Assembly: GCA_002717515.1 (NCBI GenBank) | Contig: PBEC01000018.1 | Location: 19,818-83,817 of the forward strand | DNA: 64,000 nt | Source of the DNA: Flavobacteriales bacterium | GTDB taxonomy: Bacteria > Bacteroidota > Bacteroidia > Flavobacteriales_C > GCA-002722245 | Direction: 5' to 3' | Shown: in pieces, positions 45,054 through 55,134 of the stretch | Position numbering within the stretch: the stretch's first letter is position 1 | Layout: each line of letters opens with the position of its first letter | Notes under the pieces: generated by a model | What the model saw: only the letters and a program-made list of their open reading frames with translations | What the model was told of the DNA's origin: nothing | Database searches by the model: none | Position numbers and translations under genes: made by a program

Positions 45054-47486
45054 ATGAAAGTTTTAAAATTTGGAGGAACATCTGTTGGCACAGCAAATTC
45101 TATCAAAAGAGTTCAAGAAATTATTGCTCATGAAGCAAAAGAAGATAGAGTCATAGTGGTTGTTTCGGCAATGACGCAAGTCACCAATAAACTTTTAGCT
45201 GCCAGTGAATTGGCTGCCAATGGAGACGAATCTTATAAGGAAATTACTAAAGAAATTGAAAATAAGCATTTTGATGCAATTCGTGAATTGGTAGCAATTG
45301 ATCAACAAAGTGGAGTTATAGCGAATATTAAGGTTTTGTTGAATCAGTTGGAGGATATTTTAAATGGTGTCTTTTTAGTTCGTGAATTGTCGCCAAAAAC
45401 CTCGGATTATGTGGTTAGTTTTGGAGAGTCTCTTTCTTCAATTATACTTAGTAAATCTATAGGAGCTGAATTAGTGGACTCAAAATCTTTGATTCGAACA
45501 AATACTCAGCATGGAGGTGCAGCGGTACTTCACGAAACTACCTATGAAAATATAAAAGACTTTTTTCAAAGTAATGATGCAAACGTTTTTGTTGCACCTG
45601 GTTTTGTTGCTTCGACTGAGGAAGGAATTACCTCTACCCTGGGAAGAGGAGGTTCCGATTTTTCTGCAGCACTTTACGCAGCCGGTTCGGATGCTGCTGA
45701 ACTACAGATATGGACGGATGTTAGTGGAATGTATACTGCTGACCCAAGAAAGGTTAAATCTGCATTTCCTGTTAAGTATGCTTCGTATAAAGAAGCAATG
45801 GAACTCTCTCATTTTGGGGCGAAAGTTATTTATCCACCAACCATATTGCCTGTATACAAAAAAGGGATTCCTTTAAAAATAAAAAATACTTTTGCTCCCG
45901 AAGATCAGGGGACTTTAATTACGGCTAGTGCTGATGAAGGAATGCCAATTAAAGGAATTAGTTCGATTGATAAAATTGCTTTAGCCAGTTTAAGTGGTTC
46001 AGGTATGATTGGAATTCCTGGAATATCAGCTCGATTATTTGGGGCTCTTTCAAGAGCAAAAGTTAATGTAATACTAATTACTCAAGCATCATCTGAGCAT
46101 TCCATCTCCTTTGCGATTAGTCCTGAAGATATTAATCTTGCTGTTGAGGCAGTAAAGGAGGAGTTTGTTTTTGAGATTCAAACGGGTAAAATAAACAGTC
46201 CAAGAGTAGAAACGGGATTATCGGTTATAGCATTAGTTGGGGAAAAGATGAGTGGACAGGTTAATGTTAGTGGAAAAATGTTTAATACGCTTGGAAGCAA
46301 TGGAGTAAATATGAGGGCCATTGCTCAAGGATCATCAGAAAGAAATATTTCAGCAGTGATAGAAGAAAAAGATGTAAAAAAAGCACTAAATGTGCTTCAC
46401 GAAAATCATTTCGAAGGATCGAATAAAGTTTTGAATTTATTTGTAGTTGGTGTGGGGAATGTAGGTGGTACTTTGGTTGATCAAATTAAACAACAACAAA
46501 AAGTATTGCAGAAAAATTCAAACATTGTAGTTCGTGTCACTGGATTAGCGAATTCGAAAAAAATGTTGTTGAATTCAGAGGGAATTGATCTTAACGGATG
46601 GCAAGATCAAGTAGAGTCTTCATCAGTGATTTTTCATAAAGACGAGTTAATTGAGCAAATAGCTGAATTAAATTTGAGAAATTCTGTTTTTGTTGATTGT
46701 ACCGCAAATTATGAAATTGCATCGGTATATAAAAAGGCGTTGGAAAATAATATTAATGTTGTCACAGCGAATAAAATTGCATGTTCTTCTGATTACGAAT
46801 TGTATCAAGAACTTAAAGCAATATGCTTAAAAAATAACGTTAAGTTTTTATACGAGACTAATGTTGGCGCAGGTCTTCCTGTAATTGGTACCATTAATGA
46901 CTTGGTTCACTCTGGAGATAGAATTCAAAAGATTGAAGCTACGGTATCGGGGTCTTTAAATTTTATTTTTAATACATACGATGGAAACAATACTTTTCAT
47001 GATGTTGTATCGCAAGCAAAAAGTGAAGGTTATACAGAACCAGATCCACGAATAGATTTGTCGGGAGTAGATGTTAAACGAAAAATATTAATTCTGATAC
47101 GTGAGGCTGGAATTAAAATGGAATTTGATGATATAGAAGTTAAAGATATTCTTCCTAAGGCTTGTTTTGAGGTAGATAGCGTAGAAGACTTCTTTAATTT
47201 GTTAAAGAATGATGAACCAACTTTCCAAGAAATGGTTGGAAATGCGCAGTCTGAAGGTAGAAAATTAAGGGTTATTGCCAAGTACGAGGATGGAAAGGCA
47301 ACTGTTGAACTTCAAGCTGTTGATTCAACTCATCCATTTTACAACTTGCAGGGAACAGATAATACAGTAGCTCTTTATACGGATAGGTATGTTTCTCAAC
47401 CTATGGTAATTCAAGGAGCGGGAGCAGGAGCAGGAGTTACAGCAGCAGGAGTTTTTGCGGACATTGTAAGAATTGCTAATTATTAA
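45054..47486 (+). CDS. thrA: Bifunctional aspartokinase / homoserine dehydrogenase I
   Basis: KFGGTSV, TLGRGGSD, WTDV, two ACT domains, G.G.VG, ETNVGAGLP and GYTEPDPR.DLSG. Confidence 0.97.
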   Translation: MKVLKFGGTSVGTANSIKRVQEIIAHEAKEDRVIVVVSAMTQVTNKLLAASELAANGDESYKEITKEIENKHFDAIRELVAIDQQSGVIANIKVLLNQLEDILNGVFLVRELSPKTSDYVVSFGESLSSIILSKSIGAELVDSKSLIRTNTQHGGAAVLHETTYENIKDFFQSNDANVFVAPGFVASTEEGITSTLGRGGSDFSAALYAAGSDAAELQIWTDVSGMYTADPRKVKSAFPVKYASYKEAMELSHFGAKVIYPPTILPVYKKGIPLKIKNTFAPEDQGTLITASADEGMPIKGISSIDKIALASLSGSGMIGIPGISARLFGALSRAKVNVILITQASSEHSISFAISPEDINLAVEAVKEEFVFEIQTGKINSPRVETGLSVIALVGEKMSGQVNVSGKMFNTLGSNGVNMRAIAQGSSERNISAVIEEKDVKKALNVLHENHFEGSNKVLNLFVVGVGNVGGTLVDQIKQQQKVLQKNSNIVVRVTGLANSKKMLLNSEGIDLNGWQDQVESSSVIFHKDELIEQIAELNLRNSVFVDCTANYEIASVYKKALENNINVVTANKIACSSDYELYQELKAICLKNNVKFLYETNVGAGLPVIGTINDLVHSGDRIQKIEATVSGSLNFIFNTYDGNNTFHDVVSQAKSEGYTEPDPRIDLSGVDVKRKILILIREAGIKMEFDDIEVKDILPKACFEVDSVEDFFNLLKNDEPTFQEMVGNAQSEGRKLRVIAKYEDGKATVELQAVDSTHPFYNLQGTDNTVALYTDRYVSQPMVIQGAGAGAGVTAAGVFADIVRIANY

Positions 47487-47489
47487 AAA

Positions 47490-48416
47490 ATGAATCAGGT
47501 AAAAGTATTTGCCCCAGCAACCGTTGCTAATGTAGCGTGTGGTTTTGATGTTTTAGGTTTAGCGTTAGATTATCCAGGTGATGAGGTTTTGGTTACAAAA
47601 ACTGATCAAGAAGATATCGTAATCACTGCGTGCCATAATGCTGAAAATTTGCCTTTAGCTGCAGATAAGAATGTTGCCGGAGTAGCGGTAAGAGCTCTTT
47701 TAGATAAACTGGGGTCTAACCAAGGCTTTGAAATTGAATTGACTAAGGGCGTAAAGCCAGGGAGTGGAATAGGCAGTTCTGCTGCTAGTTCTGCCGCTGC
47801 TGTCGTAGCTGTAAATGAACTGTTGGGAAACCCTTTTACAAAAAAAGAGTTAGTTGAGTTTGCGATGGAAGGAGAGCGATGTGCAACAGGTGTTGCGCAT
47901 GCAGATAATGTAGCACCATCGATATGTGGTGGGTTTACTTTGGTGAGATCCTACGAACCGTTAGATATTATTAAAATAGATTCTCCAAAAGAGCTTTGGA
48001 CAACCGTTATTCATCCCCAATTAGAAGTTAAAACAAGAGATGCTCGTCGAGTTCTAAAGGGTGGTATAGATCTTTCTAAAGCAATTACTCAATGGGGTAA
48101 TGTTGGAGGGTTAGTTGCTGGATTATACTCTGAAGATTATGATTTAATAGGAAGGTCATTAGTAGATGTTGTTATTGAGCCAATTCGCTCAATACTAATA
48201 CCGGGTTATGAAAAGGTTAAAAAAGCAACCTTGGAAGCTGGAGCTTTAGGGTGTTCGATTTCAGGCTCAGGCCCCTCTATTTTTGGTTTAACCAAAGGAG
48301 AAGAAGCAGCAAATAAAGTTAAGGAGGCGATGGCTGATGTCTACACTCAATATGGAGTTGATTTTGAAATTCATGTTAGTCAAGTGAACTCAGAAGGAGC
48401 AAAAATCATAGGATAA
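47490..48416 (+). CDS. thrB: Homoserine kinase
   Basis: APATVANV..GFD, PGSGIGSSAAS GHMP motif, HADNVAP and ISGSGPS. Confidence 0.97.
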   Translation: MNQVKVFAPATVANVACGFDVLGLALDYPGDEVLVTKTDQEDIVITACHNAENLPLAADKNVAGVAVRALLDKLGSNQGFEIELTKGVKPGSGIGSSAASSAAAVVAVNELLGNPFTKKELVEFAMEGERCATGVAHADNVAPSICGGFTLVRSYEPLDIIKIDSPKELWTTVIHPQLEVKTRDARRVLKGGIDLSKAITQWGNVGGLVAGLYSEDYDLIGRSLVDVVIEPIRSILIPGYEKVKKATLEAGALGCSISGSGPSIFGLTKGEEAANKVKEAMADVYTQYGVDFEIHVSQVNSEGAKIIG

Positions 48417-49708
48417 TGAAATATTATAGCACAAGAAAAAACTCTGAAGAGGTATCGTTTAAAGATGCTGTAATAAGAGGACTAGCTCCGGATGGAGGAT
48501 TATATTTCCCTGAGAGAATAGATAAGTTACCAGAGGGTTTAATTGGATCTGGAGCATCCATTGAAGAATTAGGGTATGAAGTTGCTAAGCGTTTTGTTGA
48601 TGGTGAAATTCCAGACGGCGATTTGCAACGCATAGTCGAAGAAACGGTTAATTTCCCTTTACCTATTGTTGAGGTCGAAAAAGATGTATACTCCTTGGAG
48701 TTGTGGCATGGACCAACTTGTGCATTTAAAGATGTTGGTGGTCGTTTTCTAGGAAGATGTTTATCGCATTTTGTTAAAGAGAGCGGTGATAAAGTTACGA
48801 TATTGGTTGCTACTTCAGGTGATACAGGTTCGGCTGTTGCTTCTGGTTTTTTAGGTGTAGAAGGGATTGATGTGGTAATTCTTTATCCTAAGGGGTTGGT
48901 GTCCAAAATTCAAGAGCAACAACTCACCACTATGGGACAGAATATTTCCACCTTGGAAGTAGAGGGTTCTTTTGATGATTGTCAGGCAATGGTGAAGCAG
49001 GCTTTTAATGATCCTGAATTAAGAGCTGCTATGAAATTGTCCTCTGCTAATTCAATTAATGTAGCACGATTTTTGCCCCAGTCTTTTTATTATTTTGGTT
49101 CGTATGAGCAGTTGGAGGATAAGGACAAGCCTGTTGTTTATTCTTGTCCCTCGGGTAATTTTGGAAATTTGACTGCTGGTATGTTTGCTAAAGAAATGGG
49201 ACTTCCTATTGCTCGATTTATCGGAGCAACAAATGCTAATGATGTTGTTCCCGAATATTTAAGAACGGGCGTATATAAAGCTCGTCCATCTATTCCAACC
49301 ATTTCAAACGCAATGGACATAGGTGATCCTTCAAATTTTGTGAGAATATTGGAATTACACGGAGGTAATTGGGAAAAAGTAAAAGAATCAATGGTTGGAT
49401 ATGCGTTTAGTGACGAGGAAACAAAGGAAGGTATGCTAGATGTAATATCCAGAACGGGTTATCTAATGGAGCCTCATGGTGTTATAGGGTATATGGCAGT
49501 CAAGGAATATCAAAAAAATAATGATGTTCAGGGAGTTGTATTGGAAACCGCACATCCTGCCAAGTTTGGAGACGTAGTTGAGCCTGTAATTGGTCAAAAG
49601 GTTGAGGTGCCGGAAAGATTACAAGAATATATGAGAAGGCAAAAAGTAGCTACGCTAATCCAGCCAGATTTTGATGAGTTTAAACAGTATTTGTTGCAAA
49701 GAGGATAA
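48416..49708 (+). CDS. thrC: Threonine synthase
   Basis: GLAPDGGLY, ELWHGPT.AFKD PLP lysine, ATSGDTG and PSGNFGN. Confidence 0.97.
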   Translation: MKYYSTRKNSEEVSFKDAVIRGLAPDGGLYFPERIDKLPEGLIGSGASIEELGYEVAKRFVDGEIPDGDLQRIVEETVNFPLPIVEVEKDVYSLELWHGPTCAFKDVGGRFLGRCLSHFVKESGDKVTILVATSGDTGSAVASGFLGVEGIDVVILYPKGLVSKIQEQQLTTMGQNISTLEVEGSFDDCQAMVKQAFNDPELRAAMKLSSANSINVARFLPQSFYYFGSYEQLEDKDKPVVYSCPSGNFGNLTAGMFAKEMGLPIARFIGATNANDVVPEYLRTGVYKARPSIPTISNAMDIGDPSNFVRILELHGGNWEKVKESMVGYAFSDEETKEGMLDVISRTGYLMEPHGVIGYMAVKEYQKNNDVQGVVLETAHPAKFGDVVEPVIGQKVEVPERLQEYMRRQKVATLIQPDFDEFKQYLLQRG

Positions 49709-49786
49709 AATTAGAATTTGATATTCAGATTATTTTTCTTTTGCTTACCATGATTTTTCAACTGTATAAGAAACACCAAATGGGGT

Positions 49787-50479
49787 ATGAAAAATAGATT
49801 TATCACAATAATATTTCTAATTATCTCACCTATTTGTTTTTGCCAAGAAGAAGATATACTTCCGTTTCCTTATGTTTGGTACGAAGCAGATTTTATTATT
49901 AAGGGACAAATCATTAAATCTGATCCTAACAATAAACTAATTAAAATAAAATGTAATAAAAATTATAAGAATTACTTGGAAAATGATAGTTTATTTGTGA
50001 ATTATGATATCGATTCAAAACTGTCAAAAACAATTAGTTATAGTAGGTTTTGTAATTTTTTTAATGGAGACTCAGTTATAGTTTTTCTCAAGAAAAATAA
50101 AAGAGATACAATTTATAGACCTGTAAATTCTTGTTGGTGGATCAAAAGTCAAAGTGATATTAATTTATTTTTTTTGGATAGTATGTTAAATATATTTTCA
50201 ATTATTGATTCAAAAAAAAAGCATAAGAGTAAACGAGAACGTATAGATGAAATAGCAGGTTGGTTAGTTCATCTAGCTGCTGATTCGACAACCTATCATG
50301 ATGCTATATTTGGTTTGTCAGAATTGAGATATTGTTTTGGAAGGAGCATGTCTTGTGTTATAAGGTTATCTACTCAAAGTAAGCAAAAACTAAGAAGTAT
50401 AATTATGAATAGAGAAATCTCATTTTTTGAGGAAACAAATATTTTAAATATTATAAAAAAAAAAATGATTCTATACTGA
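49787..50479 (+). CDS. AT-rich hypothetical secreted protein (possible N-terminal part of a split gene)
   Basis: Signal peptide; ends just after an A11 tract (50455-50465). Confidence 0.7.
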   Translation: MKNRFITIIFLIISPICFCQEEDILPFPYVWYEADFIIKGQIIKSDPNNKLIKIKCNKNYKNYLENDSLFVNYDIDSKLSKTISYSRFCNFFNGDSVIVFLKKNKRDTIYRPVNSCWWIKSQSDINLFFLDSMLNIFSIIDSKKKHKSKRERIDEIAGWLVHLAADSTTYHDAIFGLSELRYCFGRSMSCVIRLSTQSKQKLRSIIMNREISFFEETNILNIIKKKMILY

Positions 50480-50691
50480 TGACCTATTTAAAAATCCAAT
50501 TCGAAAATTTCGTAGATGGAAGAGAGGATATTATGGTGAGACTTATGAGGAGTATAGCTTGGTATTCAAATAACTCAGAATTATTAAGAGTCAAAAATGA
50601 ATATTTAAATGCTAGGTCTAAAGGAAATGAAGATATACAAAGATGGAAAAAGAAAGAGTTCCTTAGTATATTATCTACAATAAAACTTTAA
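50479..50691 (+). CDS. Small ORF, possibly the C-terminal part of the upstream gene
   Basis: Its frame is open upstream through the A11 tract (KKKNDSILMTYLK...). Confidence 0.5.
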   Translation: MTYLKIQFENFVDGREDIMVRLMRSIAWYSNNSELLRVKNEYLNARSKGNEDIQRWKKKEFLSILSTIKL

Positions 50692-50741
50692 TGATTCTTT
50701 AAGTAGTAATAGATTTGTTTTTTTGTGAGTGAATTTAAAGA

Positions 50742-51506
50742 TTATAATAAATTGAACTTTTCTAAAAGTTCGTCTTTATAAGACCCTCCAATTGGAATTG
50801 ATTTCTCTAATCCTTCCAGTTGTAATCTTCCATTAACGTGTTCGATGGACAGGATTTTGTCAAGATTAACGATAAAAGAGCGGTGAACTCGAGCGAAAAA
50901 TTTATTTGGTAATTTCGACTCCACGTCTTTCATTGTACTGTGAATGGTATATTTTCCATGACGTGAATGAAAATTCACATAATCTTTCAAAGCTTCAACA
51001 TAAAATAAATCTTCAACACTGATTTTAATCAATTTACTTTTGTTTTTTACGAAAATGTAGTCTTTTCCGTTTTCGGATTCACTTACTAGTGTTGAATAAA
51101 CATCAAGCTCTTTTTTCATTTCAGCTGTTTTTTGATGTTTATACAGTGCCATTTCAATTGTAGTATGCAAATCAATTTCCTTGAAAGGTTTTAATATGTA
51201 GCCATATGGCTCTGTTATTTTCGCTTTCGATAGTGTGTTTTCATCGGCGTATGCTGTTAAAAAAATAACCGGTAAGTTGTAATTTTCTTTAACATATTCA
51301 GCGACCTCAATTCCATCCATACTTCCTTTAATCATGATATCCATAAGGAAAATTTCGGGCTTTAAACCGCTTTCCAAAAGTTCCTTAACTTTTTCTCCTG
51401 AGGAGGCCGTTCCAATAACTTCATACCCTAATTTCTTGAGACTTTGTTCAATATCTTTTGCAACAATATTTTCGTCCTCTAAAATGAATACTTTGGTATT
51501 TGCCAT
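50742..51506 (-). CDS. Response regulator, REC + LytTR
   Basis: ILEDE, LMDIM phospho-Asp, FLTAY and YILKP; EALKDYV and F.RVHRSFIVN LytTR motifs. Confidence 0.93.
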   Translation of the reverse strand: MANTKVFILEDENIVAKDIEQSLKKLGYEVIGTASSGEKVKELLESGLKPEIFLMDIMIKGSMDGIEVAEYVKENYNLPVIFLTAYADENTLSKAKITEPYGYILKPFKEIDLHTTIEMALYKHQKTAEMKKELDVYSTLVSESENGKDYIFVKNKSKLIKISVEDLFYVEALKDYVNFHSRHGKYTIHSTMKDVESKLPNKFFARVHRSFIVNLDKILSIEHVNGRLQLEGLEKSIPIGGSYKDELLEKFNLL

Positions 51507-51514
51507 ATCAATGA

Positions 51515-54433
51515 TTAATCTCTTTTAAAGTTAACAATGAATTTACTTCCTGAAGCATATTCATATTTTATTTCACCGTCAATTTGGTCAACTAGAGTCC
51601 AAACCAATTGAAGACCTAATGAATCGTTTGTTTTAATGTCTAAGTTTTTAGGTAAGCCTTGACCAGAATCGTGAACAATAAGACATTTGTTGTTGTTCTT
51701 ATTCTTGGTCAATGTAACTCTAATACTTCCTTCTTTCAATTTTGTAAAGGCATACTTAAAACAGTTGGAAACCAGTTCATTAACTATCAATCCGCATGGA
51801 ATAGCCGAATCTAAAGATAGGGATATATCCTCAATATCAAAATCCAATTTAACATTTCTGTTTGGTGTCATATAGGAGTATGAAATATTGTTGCATAAGT
51901 TCCTCAAATACTCTGCGAAATTTACAGCTGCAAAATCTTCTTTTTGGTATAAACTTTCGTGAATAAAAGCCATTGATTTTATCCTGTCCTGACACTCTCG
52001 AATAACACCCAATGTGTCTTCATCATTAATATAACTTGTCTGAAGATTTAATATAGAGCTAATTACTTGTAAATTATTTTTAACACGATGGTGTACTTCT
52101 TTAAGCAAAATTTCTTTTTGATGAATATTGTTTTTAAGTTCCTCTTCTGCTTTTTTAAGTTCAGTAATATCTCTTAAAACTCCCATTGTACCCATCGCTT
52201 TCTTTTCTGGTCCGGATAAAATAGAGGCAGATAGATAACCTATGAAGGTAGAATTATCAGCTCTTCGGCAAAGAACTTCTCCACTCCATTTTCCAATTTT
52301 TAAAACACTCTTGAGAATCTCTTCTCGATTGATGTCTTTGGCGAAAAGAGGATCAACAGGTTTGTCAACGATACTCAATGAGCTATAACCGAATCCATCC
52401 GTGGCGGCTTGATTAAATTCGGTTATCTTTCCATTTATATCGGTTGCAATTATCATATCGGTTGAGGAGTCAATTATATATTGATTTAATTCTTTTGCAG
52501 ATTTTAACTCTTCTTCAGCCGCAATTCTTTCATCAATTTCTTTTTGTAGGCTTATTGTAGTTTTTTCTGCAAATTCAGCTCTTAGTTTATCTTTTTCTGC
52601 TTCTTTTGCTATTTCTGCTGATTTTATCTCTTTTGTTATGTCTTCAATTGTCCCAACTCTACCAATTATATCGTTACTTGTGTCCCTTAGTAAGTTCACT
52701 TGAACTTTTACCCATCTTTCGTTTCCTTTTTTAGGTATTACTTTATATTCATATTGTTGATGGTTGTCTTTTTGTGTTAGGTTTATATGAGATTTTATTC
52801 TTTCTTGATCTTCAGGATGAATCTTGGATAGCCAATTTTCCATAAATCCGTCTACACTGGGGTAGTGAGCGATTTCTTTTAATTTATCGTTGATATAAAT
52901 TGCATTTCCCTGTTTATCGGTTAAGAATATACCAATTGGAGCATGTGAGGCGAGAGTTCTAAAGCGAGATTCACTTTCCTTTAGAATAGTTTCATACTCT
53001 AATCTCTCGCTTATGTTTCTTCCGCTTGCAATAATTACTTCTTTTCCAAAATAAGTTCCCGGATGAAGAATCATTTCAAGAGGAACATGAATGTCATTAC
53101 TTGTTTTACAGTGCCATTCAAATTTTTGAGGTTCCCCTGCCCAAGCTTTTCCAATTTTAACAAAATCATCCTCACTTATAATTTTTAATTCCCCCAATTG
53201 TTCAAAGGAACCTCCAACAATTGAATGTTTTGGAGCTTCATATGTGTTTAAAACGGTTTGGTTAACATCAATAACCTTACCTTGACTATCGACAATAAAA
53301 ATTAGATCCGAGCTTGAATTAAAAATTTCAAAATAACTTTTTATGGATTGATTTTTTTGCTCTTCAGCAATTTTTCTTTGAGTAATGTCTCTTACAATAA
53401 CCTGAATGTAGGAGTCCGATTCTACGGAAAAACTATTTATGCTCACTTCACAATCAAATTGTTCTCCAGTTATTTTTGAATGACGCCAGTAAAAAAACTG
53501 TGATTTACCTGCCAAGGCATTTTGCATATGATAATGGTAGGTTAAAATGGAGTCTTCACCACTGGGTTGCTTCTCAGGCATTAATTCGTAAAGTTTTTTA
53601 CCTGCTATCTCTAAAAATCCGGGAGCATTAAACATTGATAATGTTTTCTCATTACAGTCAACCATTTCGATGTCGCTGAAAATCATAATGGCATCGTTGG
53701 CTTCACTGAAGAGTAGCCTGTGTTTGAGTTCACTTTGCCGGAGCAGTTGATCTGCTTCGATATCTTTTGAAATGTCTCGAATTACACCAAAATTGGCAAA
53801 ATGATCATTTTTTTGAGAGATTTGTGGGTATATTGAAAGTTCAACCCAGGTGTTGAATTTTTTTTGTTGGTTTTGAATTCTAAATTGACATTTTTCCGGC
53901 TTTTTGTTTTTATTTACCTTTCTTATGATTTTGTTCACGTGAGCTCTGTCTGTTTTAAGTGCAAACTCGAAAGGCAATTTGCTTTGAAGAATCATATCCT
54001 CAGCTGATAATCCAGTTATTTTTTCGATTCCTTTACTTATAAAACCAATATTTTCTCGTTTATTCTTTACTATTTTTTCTGTGTAAACAATTTCGTCAAT
54101 ATTATTTAGGAAAAAGGATAAACGTCGTTCAACGGAGTCTTTATCTGATGTTTTTATTCTAAATAAAAAATAGTTTGATTGTGCAATTGAAAATCTTTTT
54201 TTTGTAGAAAGGATAAGGTGGTCGAGCTCATAAAGATTGTAACTAATTTCTTGATCAAGAATACAATTTAAGTCTATAAATGCGCTAAAATCTTTTTTTG
54301 TTGGGGCTTTTGGAATGTTTGGGAATATTTCCAATATAATGGAGTTGTGATATAAGATTGACGTTTGTTCATCAGTTATTATGATGCCTTCGCTTGACCC
54401 TTCAAAAAGTTCATTAAAATTGTGTTGTTTCAT
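51515..54433 (-). CDS. Multi-PAS sensor histidine kinase (HisKA_2 type)
   Basis: About six PAS/PAC-like repeats, EVHHRVKNNLQ H-box, ELVSNCFKYAF and DSGQG. Start 54433 preferred over 54517. Confidence 0.92.
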   Translation of the reverse strand: MKQHNFNELFEGSSEGIIITDEQTSILYHNSIILEIFPNIPKAPTKKDFSAFIDLNCILDQEISYNLYELDHLILSTKKRFSIAQSNYFLFRIKTSDKDSVERRLSFFLNNIDEIVYTEKIVKNKRENIGFISKGIEKITGLSAEDMILQSKLPFEFALKTDRAHVNKIIRKVNKNKKPEKCQFRIQNQQKKFNTWVELSIYPQISQKNDHFANFGVIRDISKDIEADQLLRQSELKHRLLFSEANDAIMIFSDIEMVDCNEKTLSMFNAPGFLEIAGKKLYELMPEKQPSGEDSILTYHYHMQNALAGKSQFFYWRHSKITGEQFDCEVSINSFSVESDSYIQVIVRDITQRKIAEEQKNQSIKSYFEIFNSSSDLIFIVDSQGKVIDVNQTVLNTYEAPKHSIVGGSFEQLGELKIISEDDFVKIGKAWAGEPQKFEWHCKTSNDIHVPLEMILHPGTYFGKEVIIASGRNISERLEYETILKESESRFRTLASHAPIGIFLTDKQGNAIYINDKLKEIAHYPSVDGFMENWLSKIHPEDQERIKSHINLTQKDNHQQYEYKVIPKKGNERWVKVQVNLLRDTSNDIIGRVGTIEDITKEIKSAEIAKEAEKDKLRAEFAEKTTISLQKEIDERIAAEEELKSAKELNQYIIDSSTDMIIATDINGKITEFNQAATDGFGYSSLSIVDKPVDPLFAKDINREEILKSVLKIGKWSGEVLCRRADNSTFIGYLSASILSGPEKKAMGTMGVLRDITELKKAEEELKNNIHQKEILLKEVHHRVKNNLQVISSILNLQTSYINDEDTLGVIRECQDRIKSMAFIHESLYQKEDFAAVNFAEYLRNLCNNISYSYMTPNRNVKLDFDIEDISLSLDSAIPCGLIVNELVSNCFKYAFTKLKEGSIRVTLTKNKNNNKCLIVHDSGQGLPKNLDIKTNDSLGLQLVWTLVDQIDGEIKYEYASGSKFIVNFKRD

Positions 54434-54591
54434 CAGAAGAATATTACTTGTTAAAGAAACAAATAAAAAAGATAATTTGAAGGATGTAAATTTGGCAAAG
54501 TAATTGTTTTTTAGCAACTTTTGAGATGAATTATATAACGAACACTAAAATTGCCGAAAAGGCGACAGGTTTTAGTCTTAAAATTATGCCA

Positions 54592-55134
54592 ATGAAAAAG
54601 CTTTTTATGTTTATTTTTCTTTTAGCGAGTATACTAATTAGGGCGCAAAAATATGAACAAACTACTTCAAAAATTAGTTTTTTATCGGATGCTCCTCTTG
54701 AGGATATTTATGCAGAAAGTAAGAAGTCTAGATGTGTTTTTAATGCAACCAATAAGAAGATTGTGGTTTTGATGAAGCCCAACACTTTTGTTTTTAAAAA
54801 TCCGATGATGCAGGAGCATTTTAATGAGAGTTATATGGAATCGGATAAATATCCTAAAGCAATCTTAAGTGGTGAAGTAATAGGTGACTTTGACGTTAAA
54901 AAAGACGGAGTCTATGAGGTTACTGTAAAAGGAAAATTAACGATTCATGGAGTTGAAAAAAATCGTGAAATTAAAGGTAAAATTATCGTTAAAGAGGGAA
55001 AGGTTAGCATTGATGCAAAATTTGCTATTAAAGTTGCTGATCATGGAATAAAAATACCTTCAATGAAAATAAAGAATATTGCAGAAGTAGTTGAGGTTAC
55101 TGTAGCAATTGACTTAATGGAGAAAAAGGCTTAA
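54592..55134 (+). CDS. YceI family protein
   Basis: Signal peptide, ISF.S.APLEDI.A, MQEHFNE.YMESDKYP and GKLTIHGV. Confidence 0.9.
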   Translation: MKKLFMFIFLLASILIRAQKYEQTTSKISFLSDAPLEDIYAESKKSRCVFNATNKKIVVLMKPNTFVFKNPMMQEHFNESYMESDKYPKAILSGEVIGDFDVKKDGVYEVTVKGKLTIHGVEKNREIKGKIIVKEGKVSIDAKFAIKVADHGIKIPSMKIKNIAEVVEVTVAIDLMEKKA

